NCBI RefSeq assembly: GCF_021869535.1
Contig: NW_026262581.1
Location: 103,664,001-103,728,000 of the forward strand
DNA length: 64,000 bases
From: Mytilus californianus
Lineage: Eukaryota
Direction: 5' to 3'
Notes under the pieces: model-generated
Seen by the model: the letters and a program-made list of their open reading frames with translations, nothing else
Database searches by the model: none
What the model was told of the DNA's origin: nothing
Part shown: one piece after another, positions 52,337 through 63,263 of the stretch
Numbering within the stretch: position 1 is the stretch's first letter
How the letters are laid out: every line of letters begins with the position of its first letter
Translations under genes and position numbers: made by a program

Positions 52337-52975
52337 GGAATAATATACATTTATTTCCCGCCCCGGATGGAGATATGAAGATTTGTTCACCCAAGAATAT
52401 TCATATTTCACGAGGGCTCTGCCCGAGGGAAATATGATTTTTCGAGGGTGAGCAAATCTTCATATCTCCCGAGGCAAAGGGAAATGAATGTTTTATTCCA
52501 CTGCCTATGCTTTGTTTACTATCAATACATTAAATATTATTTTGCATACATTTTTTTTTCTTATCCGCTTGTTTTTGTAAGTCAAACTAAACACGACATA
52601 CCCATTGATAAACAGTAAGGATCAAAATTTATTTATAAGTCTTTTTGTTTTATCGTCTGAAATAAATTTGAACATGATAATGATTTTTGCTATCGCTATT
52701 TTAAGAAGAATCGTTATGTACATTAACCGCGCGTAACGTTGCACGAAGTAATCCCGACATTTCAGAGGCGAATATGATCCTCAGAATGGAATATGATAGA
52801 CTGGTACCCGGCCGTTATTGAAATTCTTGACAATATTTGTATATTCCGAAGGCATACTGGATATTTTACGGAGGGAAGCAACCTAGGAATATGAAGATTT
52901 GTTCAATGACACGTGGGATAGTCTCAACCAATCAAATATTGATTAAACTATCAATATGTTTGAACAGTGGAATAA
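52337..52975. mobile_element. Non-autonomous hairpin element 2 (~640 bp), same architecture as 41813-42567
   Basis: Imperfect 163-nt hairpin 52337-52499 (24-bp arms 52369-52392 / 52446-52469, one mismatch) around GAGGGCTCTGCCCGAG; TTATTCCACTG (52493) inverted to CAGTGGAATAA (52965-52975); GGAATAA at both ends. Confidence 0.7.
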
Positions 52976-53417
52976 CATAGTATACCGGCATGAATAACCT
53001 CTTATACTATAGAGGACTGACACAATTAATTCTGTACTTATATGTCTGACATTGGAGTAACTCTAAGGTTTTTGTCAATAAAGTTCTTCACACAGGTTAG
53101 ATTGAACTATATGCACGACCCATGCTATTCATATTTACATTTTCATATTAGTATATTTAAGTACAGTTATTTATAAAAGCCAGGAAGGAGGTGACACCTG
53201 ACGAAAAATACTATGTACGGTTATCAAAGTTTTAGAATTTAATATAAACACAAATAAAATGTCTCGTTATATTTTTGGAATATCTCTATGGTTATGAGAT
53301 ATGCATTATATAGAATGCGATACGATGGGAAATAACTTTTGAAATTACAATAGGCGTTCTTATTAAAAAGAAAGAAAAGCAATCGTGAACCATAGAACGC
53401 TGCACATTTGATCGGTC

Positions 53418-53783
53418 AATAGACTTTTTTCTTATAATCGCCTTTTGACTCCGGATTATATAATTTTTGGACAGGTTACCTATTTCACGGAAGGACATCA
53501 TGGTAATCGGTCAAGAAAGAGCAACCAAAAGAAGTAAAATCAAACATATAATCGGTGCAATTTGGGGGAAGTTTACTGTTTTCTGATGATTTTTTTTTTC
53601 GTGTATAAAAAACACGAAACAGTTGACCCCCTAAAATTGTACAGATTGTAAGCTTGATTTTACTTCTCAAGTTAAGTTGCTCTTCCTTGACCGAGTACCA
53701 GGATGTCTTACCACAGAGTAGGTAACCTGTCGAAAAAATATAAACTCCGGAGTCAAAAGTCGGTAATATGAAAATAGTCTATT
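53418..53783. mobile_element. Foldback-type MITE with ~105-bp imperfect TIRs
   Basis: AATAGACT...CTTTTGACTCCGGA...GACAGGTTACCTA...GACATC.TGGTA.TCGGTCAAG.AAGAGCAAC (53418-53525) recurs inverted at ~53677-53783, with a spacer of ~150 bp. Confidence 0.8.
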
Positions 53784-54061
53784 TGCAATACAGTTTTGAT
53801 ACTAACACATTTAAGTATCAAACCATACAATGCGACCATATATGAATGATACTTGAATAATTTATCAACTAGATAGAAACATAAAAATCATGGCATTGCC
53901 TACATGTAACAAACTTGTGAAAATAAACTAATACTCTGGTTGGCCGAGACTTATTTCAGAAAAAATACATAAAGGTACAGTTAGTTGATATATATACAGA
54001 TGATATAAAAGTTCAAACAATGTAGTCAATATATACAGATAATATAAAAGTCCACACATTG

Positions 54062-54600
54062 TGCTCCACATGTGGCACCCGTCGTGTTGCTTATGTTATT
54101 ACAAATCCGGTAAATAGTCTAGTTCGGTAAGTCACATTCGTGAAAAGGGAGGGTATTGCAGTTACGACATAAGGAACATATCCGATATCATCTGTGACAC
54201 GGTTATTCCATAACGGTCAACCAACTCGTGATGGCGTCCGTAAAATTTACGAAGGGATGATTTCAACTTCACCATTTGGAACTCTTGGTTTAATAGCTTC
54301 CTTGTGAGCAGCAATCATCTACCAAGGAAATCGTGATAGGAAACACAAGCCCGGGAATATCGTATCAATTGGGAGATATATACTCCGTATGCAGGCGCTG
54401 CTGGAATGTTGCTACATAGAAATGGAAAGTTCACAATTGGGAAGCTGAAATCATCTCTTTTGTCGTAAAGTTTTGTTTTCAACCGACCCTCATTGTCAAT
54501 TTCTAGATGTAAGTCAAGATATGAGGCAGACTTAACTGTATCTGTAGTATCCTTTATCTCTAGTTCGATGGGATAGATTCGTTCAATATAGTCACCAAAT
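54062..54600 (-). mobile_element. Penelope-like RT C-terminal fragment with partial 3' region
   Basis: ORF 54315..54671 FGDYIERIYPIELEIKDTTDTVKSASYLDLHLEIDNEGRLKTKLYDKRDDFSFPIVNFPFL..YISQLIRYSRAC, nearly identical to ORF 11787..12188. Confidence 0.9.
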
Positions 54601-55932
54601 ATTGTACGCGATGTTAATATCAACTCTCCAAACCTTCGGAAATTAATGCAACATATATTCAGTTTTATCATCGCTCGGTGGTTTCTTGTAACTGTTTTAA
54701 CTTTCTCAGAACAGATAAGGAGATACTGCCTGAAAAGTTTTGGACGGGAGTAAAAGACACCATTCTGTGTAGATATGTCTTAATATCAAAACGGAACGGT
54801 ACCGACTACCGATGTAAGTGGACAACAAGTTCTCGAGGGTAACATTTACCGAATAACGAATGCTTTGGCGCTGGCAAGATTTAAATGATACAGTTTGTCT
54901 GTAAATTACAGTTCATAAATTACGTGAATGTACTAGAATTAAAGTTGCCACTCACTAGGCATTGGTCTTAGTTTTGACTGCTCTGTTTAAACATTTTTGG
55001 TTGTAATGCTTTCTGATGTTTTATATTCTTGGATTTGTCATACCGTACATTTTCTTTTTTTTTTATTTGTGGAAGAATTGCCAAAATAGCGTCCTTTTGA
55101 AATCTTGTCGTTAATACCTATATATGAACAACAGCATTAACTATACAGATAAGTTTGCTACGAGATATTTTATACAAAAATATTGATGTGAATGAAATAT
55201 CCGTTTGAGCAAAGTTATTGCTCATATTTCATTTTATCAAATCCTATTTCAGACCAATTATACTACATCTTCCCTTTTTTTTTTATACAAAACCCTCAAT
55301 TTTGACATGTCGACGCCACATGCACCACTTCTGTGAATCGTCATATTTATGCATCATTCAAAATAGGTAGGGCTTATTTTTCTGCATCAGGGCCAATCTT
55401 TGGTAAAATTCACAGTATGGAAACTTCGCGTGTCTTCTTGGTGTTGTTTTTGAACATGAACCAAATTGTAAATGCCTAAAAATCATCCAACAATTGAGAA
55501 CAATTATCAGTAGATTTTAGAAAATTTTGAGTAATGATCAGAAAAAAGAATAAGACAGACATTTTAACTTTTAAATACGAATTTTATTGGATGTCAAGCT
55601 ATGTTGTCATTTAGATATAAATCAATTTGTAATGGTTTAGAATGTCCTTCTATGGAAAATTTTACAAAACACGTAAAACATGTGATATTGTGTCAAAACA
55701 GTCTTCAACGTCAATGTTTAACGCTGAATTACATTTTTATTTTAAGAATAAGTGTAAAAGCAATGTAAAATCTTTTTATTAATATTCCTTTATAGGTTAT
55801 TGTGAGAATAAAATGTATTTAAATATGAAATGCTGGATTTTTTTTTGTAGGAAACAAGTGCAAGATAATTTCTGGTGAATATATCCTGTTAGTCAGTGTG
55901 TGCACCTCTATGTGAATAACTGTTTTATATAG

Positions 55933-56310
55933 ATATAAGAAGATGTGGTATGAGTGCCAATGAGACAACTCTCCATCCAAGTCAAAGTTTATAAAAGTAA
56001 ACCATTATAGGTCACAGTACGGTCTTCAACATGGAGCCTTGGCTCACACCGAACAGTAAGCTATAAAGGGCCCCAAAAAATTACTAGTGTAAAACCATTC
56101 AAACGTGAAAACCAACGGTCTAATCTATATAAAAAACGAGAAACGAGAAACACTTATGAACCACATCAACAAACGACAACAACTGAACATCAGATTTCTG
56201 ACTTAGGACAGGTGCAACCAAATGCAGCGGGTTTAAACGTTTTAATGGTACCAAACCTTCACCCTTTTTCTGAAACAATAGTGTAACATCACAACATAGA
56301 TGTATTTTAA
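55933..56310 (+). repeat. Dispersed repeat family A copy
   Basis: ATAAGAAGATGTGGTATGAGTGCCAATGAGACAACTCTCCATCCAAGTC...GCAGCGGGTTTAAACGTTTTAATG. Short 5' pieces also at ~1665-1710, ~3750 and ~46185-46250. Confidence 0.88.
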
Positions 56311-57591
56311 CTCCATAGGAAAAAGTCCTGAGCCAAATAGACAACAACAAGAAATCTTATGTTGGCATACATCTATTTCCTTGAGACATGAGATAAGCGT
56401 AAACAATAATAAAACGGGGATAATGAAGCAAGCTGAATATCTTAAATTCTATAAAAAGAAGTGGTCAGATAGTCATTACAATCTAGTTAAAACTTATGAT
56501 ACACAAAAAAAATGGACAGATATATTATCATGTTTATCAAACGGTACTATCAAGCTTCTATCATTTCTCCACTTCCACTGAGGACGCTACAGAGTTCGTT
56601 TTCAAAAGATTAAACAACTTTGAAAAAGACTCCATTGAAATAAATGGCTGACCGAATCATGTTATGCATTTGCTATCTTGATCATTTTTAATCCCCCCAC
56701 GCGTTGTCTTTCGATGCAAGTCTATACGCAAAAAAATCCATTTCAAGGCTTTGAAAAAGATCAAGTTATTCATTTCGAGAGCAAAAATAAATAGGTCCAA
56801 ATATTGAATTGTAGAGTAATTATTGTGTGTTTTACTTCGTCCCTTTAATTTTTAATGTAAGTAGATCTGTGCAAATATTGTCACGACGGCCATGGAAACA
56901 AGTTCAGACTGCCATTCAAAAGTTTCTATTTACGAACAAACTTGACGTGGAGTAGGTGTATTAAATGTGACATTATTGAAAATATAAAGTATTAAAGAAA
57001 GAAGAATGAGCCCATTTATAGTAGTTATATACATGTTGTTATAAATGCATATATATGTATATATATGTTCAATATAGATAACATTTATTTAGATTTGAGT
57101 GCAGTCTGCACTAATGCATGTCAGAGTTAATAGTGGAAGAACTCGTTGCCTCTGTCATATAAAACAACAGTTCATTCTGCTGCTAATTCTGACAAACACA
57201 ACTCTCTTTCATGCGTCAGTTGTGAGACAGAAGAATCGAATAACAGAAAGAAGTCGTCATTAGTTCCGTTTTGCAGTTATTGCAACTGTTGATAAAACAA
57301 ACTTTATACGTATATATGCTACTATCTTATATTTTGTGGCAGTTATCAAAAATCAAAAGCTTATTTGTTGTGTTCTGTATTTTCGTTTACAGCAGTTTCT
57401 GCATCGTGCACTGCACCGATTATACTACGTAACTAGAGTAAAGTGCTGTTTAATCTGTCTTTAATGTCCCATTCGTCACAATTGTCAATTATGCCTTTAA
57501 CGCGACACTTTGGCGTTCTGACGAATTTAATTTCTTGTTTATTCTTTTTTATTGTTAAAAAAGCTCTTTGTGTCCATTATTTCTGCTGCTA

Positions 57592-58183
57592 GTTAATTCA
57601 AAACCTTGTCGTAATGTAGTCAGTATCTGTTAATTCAAAACCTTGTCGTAATGTAGTCAGTATCTGTTAATTCAAAACCTTGTCGTAATGTAGTCAGTAT
57701 CTGTTAATTCAAAACCTTGTCGTAATGTAGTCAGTATCTGTTAATTCAAAACCTTGTCGTAATGTAGTCAGTATCTGTTTATTCAAAACCTTGTCGTAAT
57801 GTAGTCAGTATCTGTTTATTCAAAACCTTGTCGTAATGTAGTCAGTATCTGTTTATTTAAAACCTTGTCGTAATGTAGTCAGTATCTGTTAATTCAAAAC
57901 CTTGTCGTAATGTAGTCAGTATCTGTTAATTCAAAACCTTGTCGTAATGTAGTCAGTATCTGTTAATTCAAAACCTTGTCGTAATGTAGTCAGTATCTGT
58001 TTATTTAAAACCTTGTCGTAATGTAGTCAGTATCTGTTAATTCAAAACCTTGTCGTAATGTAGTCAGTATCTGTTAATTCAAAACCTTGTCGTAATGTAG
58101 TCAGTATCTGTTTATTCAAAACCTTGTCGTAATGTAGTCAGTATCTGTTAATTCAAAACCTTGTCGTAATGTAGTCAGTATCT
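57592..58183. repeat. 37-bp minisatellite, 16 near-identical head-to-tail units
   Basis: GTT(A/T)ATT(C/T)AAAACCTTGTCGTAATGTAGTCAGTATCT, period 37, no spacers. Confidence 0.97.
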
Positions 58184-58595
58184 GTATAAAACTTTAAAAA
58201 AAGGGCAACACAAATCATCTTGAAAGCTGATACTAATGGAAACGCTATAGAAAAATGAATATGATAAAAAAAATCCAGAGGAACAAGCGACTTGTTATAC
58301 TAATATTAAAGTCAGCTATATGCAAAACTGCATTTAACCATGATTTGAAGAAAGCACCGACTACAGTTGTAAAGGCAAATTTACAAATTGAAATACTAGT
58401 ACATTCATAAAGTAAATAACATAAGATTTCGTTTGCATCCGAAAGAAAAAAAAATCATTTGAATGAAAGAAAACTTAAAACTAAGCGAATGTCATTGCGA
58501 AAGCAACCTAAACAGTAAACCAAAATATATATCTGAAAATAATCTTATATTCTCTAAAGATGGACGAGCTGTTATATAAAGTTATATACGCGTCT

Positions 58596-58881
58596 AGACA
58601 AGTACTGAATGGACATGATTTAAGACAAGTACTGAATGGACAGGATTTAAGGCAAGTACTGAATGGACATGATTTGAGTCAAGTACTGAATGGGCATGAT
58701 CTAAGACAAGTTCTGAATGGACATGATGTAAGACAAGTTCTGAATGGACAGGATTTAAGACAAGTACTGACTGGACATGATGAATGAACATGATTTTAGA
58801 CAAGAACTGAACCGACAGGACTTAAGACGTGTACTGAATGGACATGATTTAAGAGAAGTACTGAATGGACAAGATTTGAGA
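58596..58881 (+). repeat. 27-bp minisatellite, ~10.5 units, open as RQVLNGHDL repeats
   Basis: AGACAAGTACTGAATGGACATGATTTA consensus; ORF 58560..58787 covers the first 7 units. Confidence 0.92.
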
Positions 58882-59449
58882 AATTTGTGTGATTTATTTT
58901 TAAATACTTAAAGTTAATCTTAGTAGAAGTTAAGCAAACAAATATCAGTCAATTACTCAAAATGAATAACTTTTAATTATTAATTTAAGTATGAATTCAC
59001 TTATTTGGATTTTACTGGTAGGAATACTTTAACCTACATTTAATTTTGTTGACTACAGTAACTAGTAATTAGGACATTGTCGAAGCATCTTCAGATAAAT
59101 TCCATATGATAGAGTATACTCGTAGACATATTGCTCTGCGACTGTATTCCAATTTCTATCATTCAATGAGCTTCTAAACCAAATGAATCAGAGTCAATTG
59201 AAAGATAATTCATGTATATACAAGAGGAGATCCACATGTAGCATCTGTCCGTTGGCTATCCTCCTTTAACAAATAAAGGATTAAATAAAAATAATCACAT
59301 TAATTTTGTTCTAAACGTGTTTAAATGGTTAATAAATTTAGGAAATCGCAATGTAAAAACACTACTAATCTCTAATAAAAACTTCAAAGGATAATCGTCT
59401 CTTTGGGTAATTTTTTTTGGATAGTAAATGCATTACAGTAGTTGTCGTC

Positions 59450-59672
59450 TGTTTATGTAGTTCATACGTGTTTCTCGTTTCTCGTTTTTATATAGATTAG
59501 ACCGTTGGTTTTTCCGTTTGAATGGTTTTACACTAGTAATTTTTTGGGGCCCTTTATAGCTTGCTGTTCGGTGTGAGCCAATGCTCCGTGTTGAAGGCCG
59601 TACCTTGACCTATAATGGTTTACTTTTATAAATTGTAACTTGGATGGAGAGTTGTCTCATTGGCACTCATAC
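59450..59672 (-). repeat. Dispersed repeat family A copy (partial)
   Basis: Reverse complement of 55945-56180. Confidence 0.85.
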
Positions 59673-60587
59673 CAGTTTTTCCTATATCCATGTCAACGCT
59701 ATTCTCTCTTTTTGGATTTTGTTCATACAAAGAACAAAATCCTACCATTCGCATCGTCTCATCTGTTGGTCGTATTTAGTATCTATTTATATCTTTATAT
59801 TTATATTCTTATGTCATTTTTTTGTCCTATAGCTTTTCAACTGTTTCGGTTATCCTTACCTTACCTCTGTATCTTTAACCCCCTTTGTAGAGGAACCATA
59901 CGCTAGTATGTAGAACTTGTGATCCGCAATTTCTATGTACAGTGATGCCTCCACCAATATGTTGCAGTGCTCTATATTTACAGTGAAATCCTACCCACAC
60001 ACACTTATATTAAAAATCCTTTGTTTTATAATTAAAATGTTTCTGTGCCTATCATACGGTGGTTAAAAGCCAGTCACTATATAATATAAAATTCCTTTCT
60101 TTCTTTATATATATATACACGCATGTTACACATTTGTTTTCGGTTCCCCTAACCGTTTTGTATACGTAGCTAGATATGCTTTAAAAGTATAACTCATTTC
60201 TGTAAGATATCAATAACATTATTCCATAAAATCATTTGTTTTCCTATCACGGTAAGATGATAAAAGAATGAGTGCCTCTTCCTCATGATTTAAAAGATAT
60301 ATAGTAAAGTATTGTCTAAAAGTTATATTCGGTTCTTCTAAAAAGTCCTTTATATAATCCATATATTGCTTAAAATTCTGTTGGCTATATATAATTTAAG
60401 ATAATTTCGATATAAGATCGCACACTTTAGTAAAGTGTCACCACTAGTATGTATATATGGTAAAATAGGTTCATTATGTTACACTCTGTAAATTGACTAG
60501 TATATATGAGTTTTGTGGCTAAGGTATTGTTTCTTCTGTTATGGTAGTGGTTAGCTTTTCCTTTTAAAGTCATTATCCTTATTATTA

Positions 60588-61530
60588 TCAACCGCATACT
60601 ATCTTATAACGGGCTATATGTAGCTGGTATATCAAGCGTCTAGTTAGGCGTTCTACTTTTGCTACACTGGCTGGAGAGAGTTTTCTTGATGTTGCAACCG
60701 GTGTGATGTCCAGAATTATTTGCAACTTTTCATTGTCCAAAAGTTCATTAAATTTGATTCCAAGACTGTCTAGTACAACAACTGTTTCTAGTAGTATCTT
60801 ATTCCTTACATTATGGAGTTGTTCACATTTTAATATGAAATGGGTCACAGTTTCGTCATCCTTTGAGCATAGAAGGCATTTCGGATCGGTTTCGTCCTTG
60901 TACATTTTTATACGTTTGCTTTGTAGTATATAGGATCCAGTAAGCAGCTTAAGTTTAACTGGTAGTCTTGTCGTATCTATGGCTGAATGGCAGTTAATTT
61001 TGAACAGAGGATGAATTTTCCCTTTTTCCAGGTTTCCTGTTGTGAGATGGTCCAGTCCATTATATAGTGGCAGTAGTTGCACTATTGGTTTACTCCAGTA
61101 GTTATGTACTGTTCTCTTGATGTTTGAGGTCCATAAGGATTTTTTTACGGGGTTATCCAGATACCATGTAGCCTCTTGTAGATCGTACTTCCTGAGCATA
61201 TGTTTTATAGCGACAAACCAACTAGAACTTTGGTTGTTTTTTTAGGATAAGTTGTCGTCTAGCTAGTGATTTTTCTATGCTTTCTTCGGGCTGATTACAG
61301 ATGTTGTTGAATAGTCCAAGTGCTCGGATATGTAGTTGGGCTTCTATTGGTAGTATTCCGGTTAAGATGTTAATAGTTATATCTGCTACGCAAGTTGGTA
61401 GTGAAAGTATTTGCTTAAGTAGCTTTTTTTGGAAGTTTTCGACTAGTGCTAATGAGCTTGCTGTTGGTAATACTAGCTCTAGACCATAGAGAAGTACTGG
61501 AGATACATATATTTTGTATAGATGCACCAT
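60588..61530 (-). pseudogene. LINE ORF2 C-terminal region with CCHC zinc knuckle, in two frameshifted pieces
   Basis: YKIYVSPVLLYGLE..FQKKLLKQILSLP (61222..61530) then KLKLLTGSYILQS..PKCLLCSKDDETVTHFILKC (60588..61199). Confidence 0.88.
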
Positions 61531-61579
61531 TGTCTCTACATCTAATCCGTTATGACCATGAAATCCTCCTCCAAGGAGG

Positions 61580-63184
61580 CTATATGCGCTTCTCCTTGCT
61601 TTTTTTTATATTTTCCTCCACGTTAGCAGTCATGTTTTCTTTTAGTGACGTGGTTCTGATGATTCCTAAGTGTGTGGCACTCTTCACTGATGGCATTTCG
61701 TGGGGGCCCATAGTAAAGGTTGTTGTTACGGGGTCCTGTTTTCGCTTCCTGTTGGTTACGTTGAGGACTACACTTTTGGTAGGTTGTAATTGGTAGCCTT
61801 CCATATATGCATAATCACATGCCATGTTTATAAGCAGTTGCGCTTGGTCTGGTTCTTCACTAATTAGTGCGATGTCATCTGCACATGCAGTACTATTTAC
61901 ACTTATGTTTCCTATTCTATATCCTGCCTCAGTTGTTTCGTACATGTTTAATAGCTGGTTGATGTATATTTTGTAGAGATTGGTGCTAAGTATACCTCCT
62001 TGTCGCACTCCCTGGTTAACGTTGAATGGCTGCGAGATGTTTCCTTCCCATTTAATAGCACTTTTAGCGTTTTCATGTAGATCTTTGATCAGTCCCCAGT
62101 GTCCATCATCAATTCCTGCCATAAAAACTCTTCTGAGCATATGACTATGAATAACAGTGTCAAATGCTGCTTTGGCATCTAAGAGTACCAGGTGAAAAGT
62201 TGTGTTGTTGTCGTTGGATTCTCTGTAACTTTCTTCTATTGGCAGCGCTGAGTTCATTGGTGATGATCCTGCAGTGAAACCTCTCTGTCTTTTATTTTGT
62301 GTTTCTAATACTTTGTTATTCGTACGCTCTTTGATGACGGTTTCAATTATTTTGCCTATGACTGGTAGCACTGTAATTCCTCTATAGTTGGTAGCTTGCT
62401 GTCTTGCTCCTTTATTTTTGAAAACTGGTGTTAGTAGTCCCATTTTTAATGATGCTGTTACAATTCCGTGCTTGAAGATACATTCCACGAGTGTTACTAA
62501 CGTTGTTTCTATGTCGGATCCTGCATGGATAATATGTTCGATGGTTATGCCCTGGAAATCCGCAGATTTACCTCTGTTTATTGATCTGATTGCATTTGTA
62601 ATTTCATTGTGCGTTACGTTTCTGATGTTATTACGTTGCACGAGTCGGTTTATACTCTGAATATCATCTTCAACTTGGTTATGAAATGTGCTATCTATGT
62701 CTGTCTGGTTATTAAATGTTGCTAGATTTCTAAAGTGTTCCTCAAATCCAGTGATGATATTTTCACTTTCTGTGTATTTGACTCCGTTAACCTCTAGCTC
62801 CGTGATTACAACATTTCCTTTCTTCCTGTTGTTACGTACGAGTTTATGGAACATTTTTGTATCCTTTACTCTTGTTTCGAGAATATTTTCTTTCTCCTTG
62901 TCTCTTATTTTAGCAATCTCTATTCTTATTGCCCGACGGACGTTCTTCTTAGTTTGATTTTTCTCCTGGAGCATTACGTTACTTTTGTTGTTGGGTCTCC
63001 CGTGATGTTTCCAAACATTATATTTTTGCCTTGCAATTTTCAACGCTACTTGTATTTCGGGCGTCCATACTTTTAATTTCGGCTCTGCGTTGAATTTTGC
63101 CTTTGATGATGATGTTAGGTTAGCTGTTTCCCTAAGAAGTTCACATAATTTGGTTGTGGCTTGCTCAATTGATGTTTCTTCCAT
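61580..63184 (-). pseudogene. LINE ORF2 reverse transcriptase domain (N-terminally truncated)
   Basis: TPVFKNKG..NYRGITVLPVIGKIIE, QRGF, LDAKAAFDTV, GVRQGGILS..LY, ACADDIAL, HLGI. Confidence 0.93.
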
Positions 63185-63221
63185 ATATCATAATCCTTGG
63201 CTTTTAAATATTCGACTTTGA

Positions 63222-63263
63222 GCGTTCCTGATGAAGATAAATCCAGAAAATCACTTCGGAGGC
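63222..63263 (+). ncRNA. Hammerhead-like motif, family 3 (variant core)
   Basis: GCGUUC-CUGAUGA-AGAUAAAUCCA-GAAA-A(UCAC)UUC-GGAGGC: stem I 5/6 pairs, UUC triplet, non-canonical stem II closure. Confidence 0.6.

Larger units (their letters stand above)
59856..63190 (-). mobile_element. 5'-truncated non-LTR retrotransposon (LINE; RTE-X-like is tentative), lacking the endonuclease domain
   Basis: RT ORF plus two downstream in-register ORFs and a putative ~730-nt 3' UTR ending near a CCTCT-ACAA-AGGGG stem and GTAAG repeats. 3' boundary approximate. Confidence 0.85.

Noticed and set aside
57592-58183. CRISPR array (37-bp repeats)
   Set aside because: Units are contiguous with no unique spacers, no cas genes are present and the context is eukaryotic.
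59825-59855. Similarity to 63194-63220 as a long TSD of the LINE
   Set aside because: Identity is only about two thirds, too low for the TSD of an apparently young insertion. More likely two decayed pieces of the family 3 repeat.
61446-63076. Plus-strand ORFs (61446, 62388, 62688, 62846, also 60703 and 61301)
   Set aside because: Antisense shadows of the LINE ORF2.
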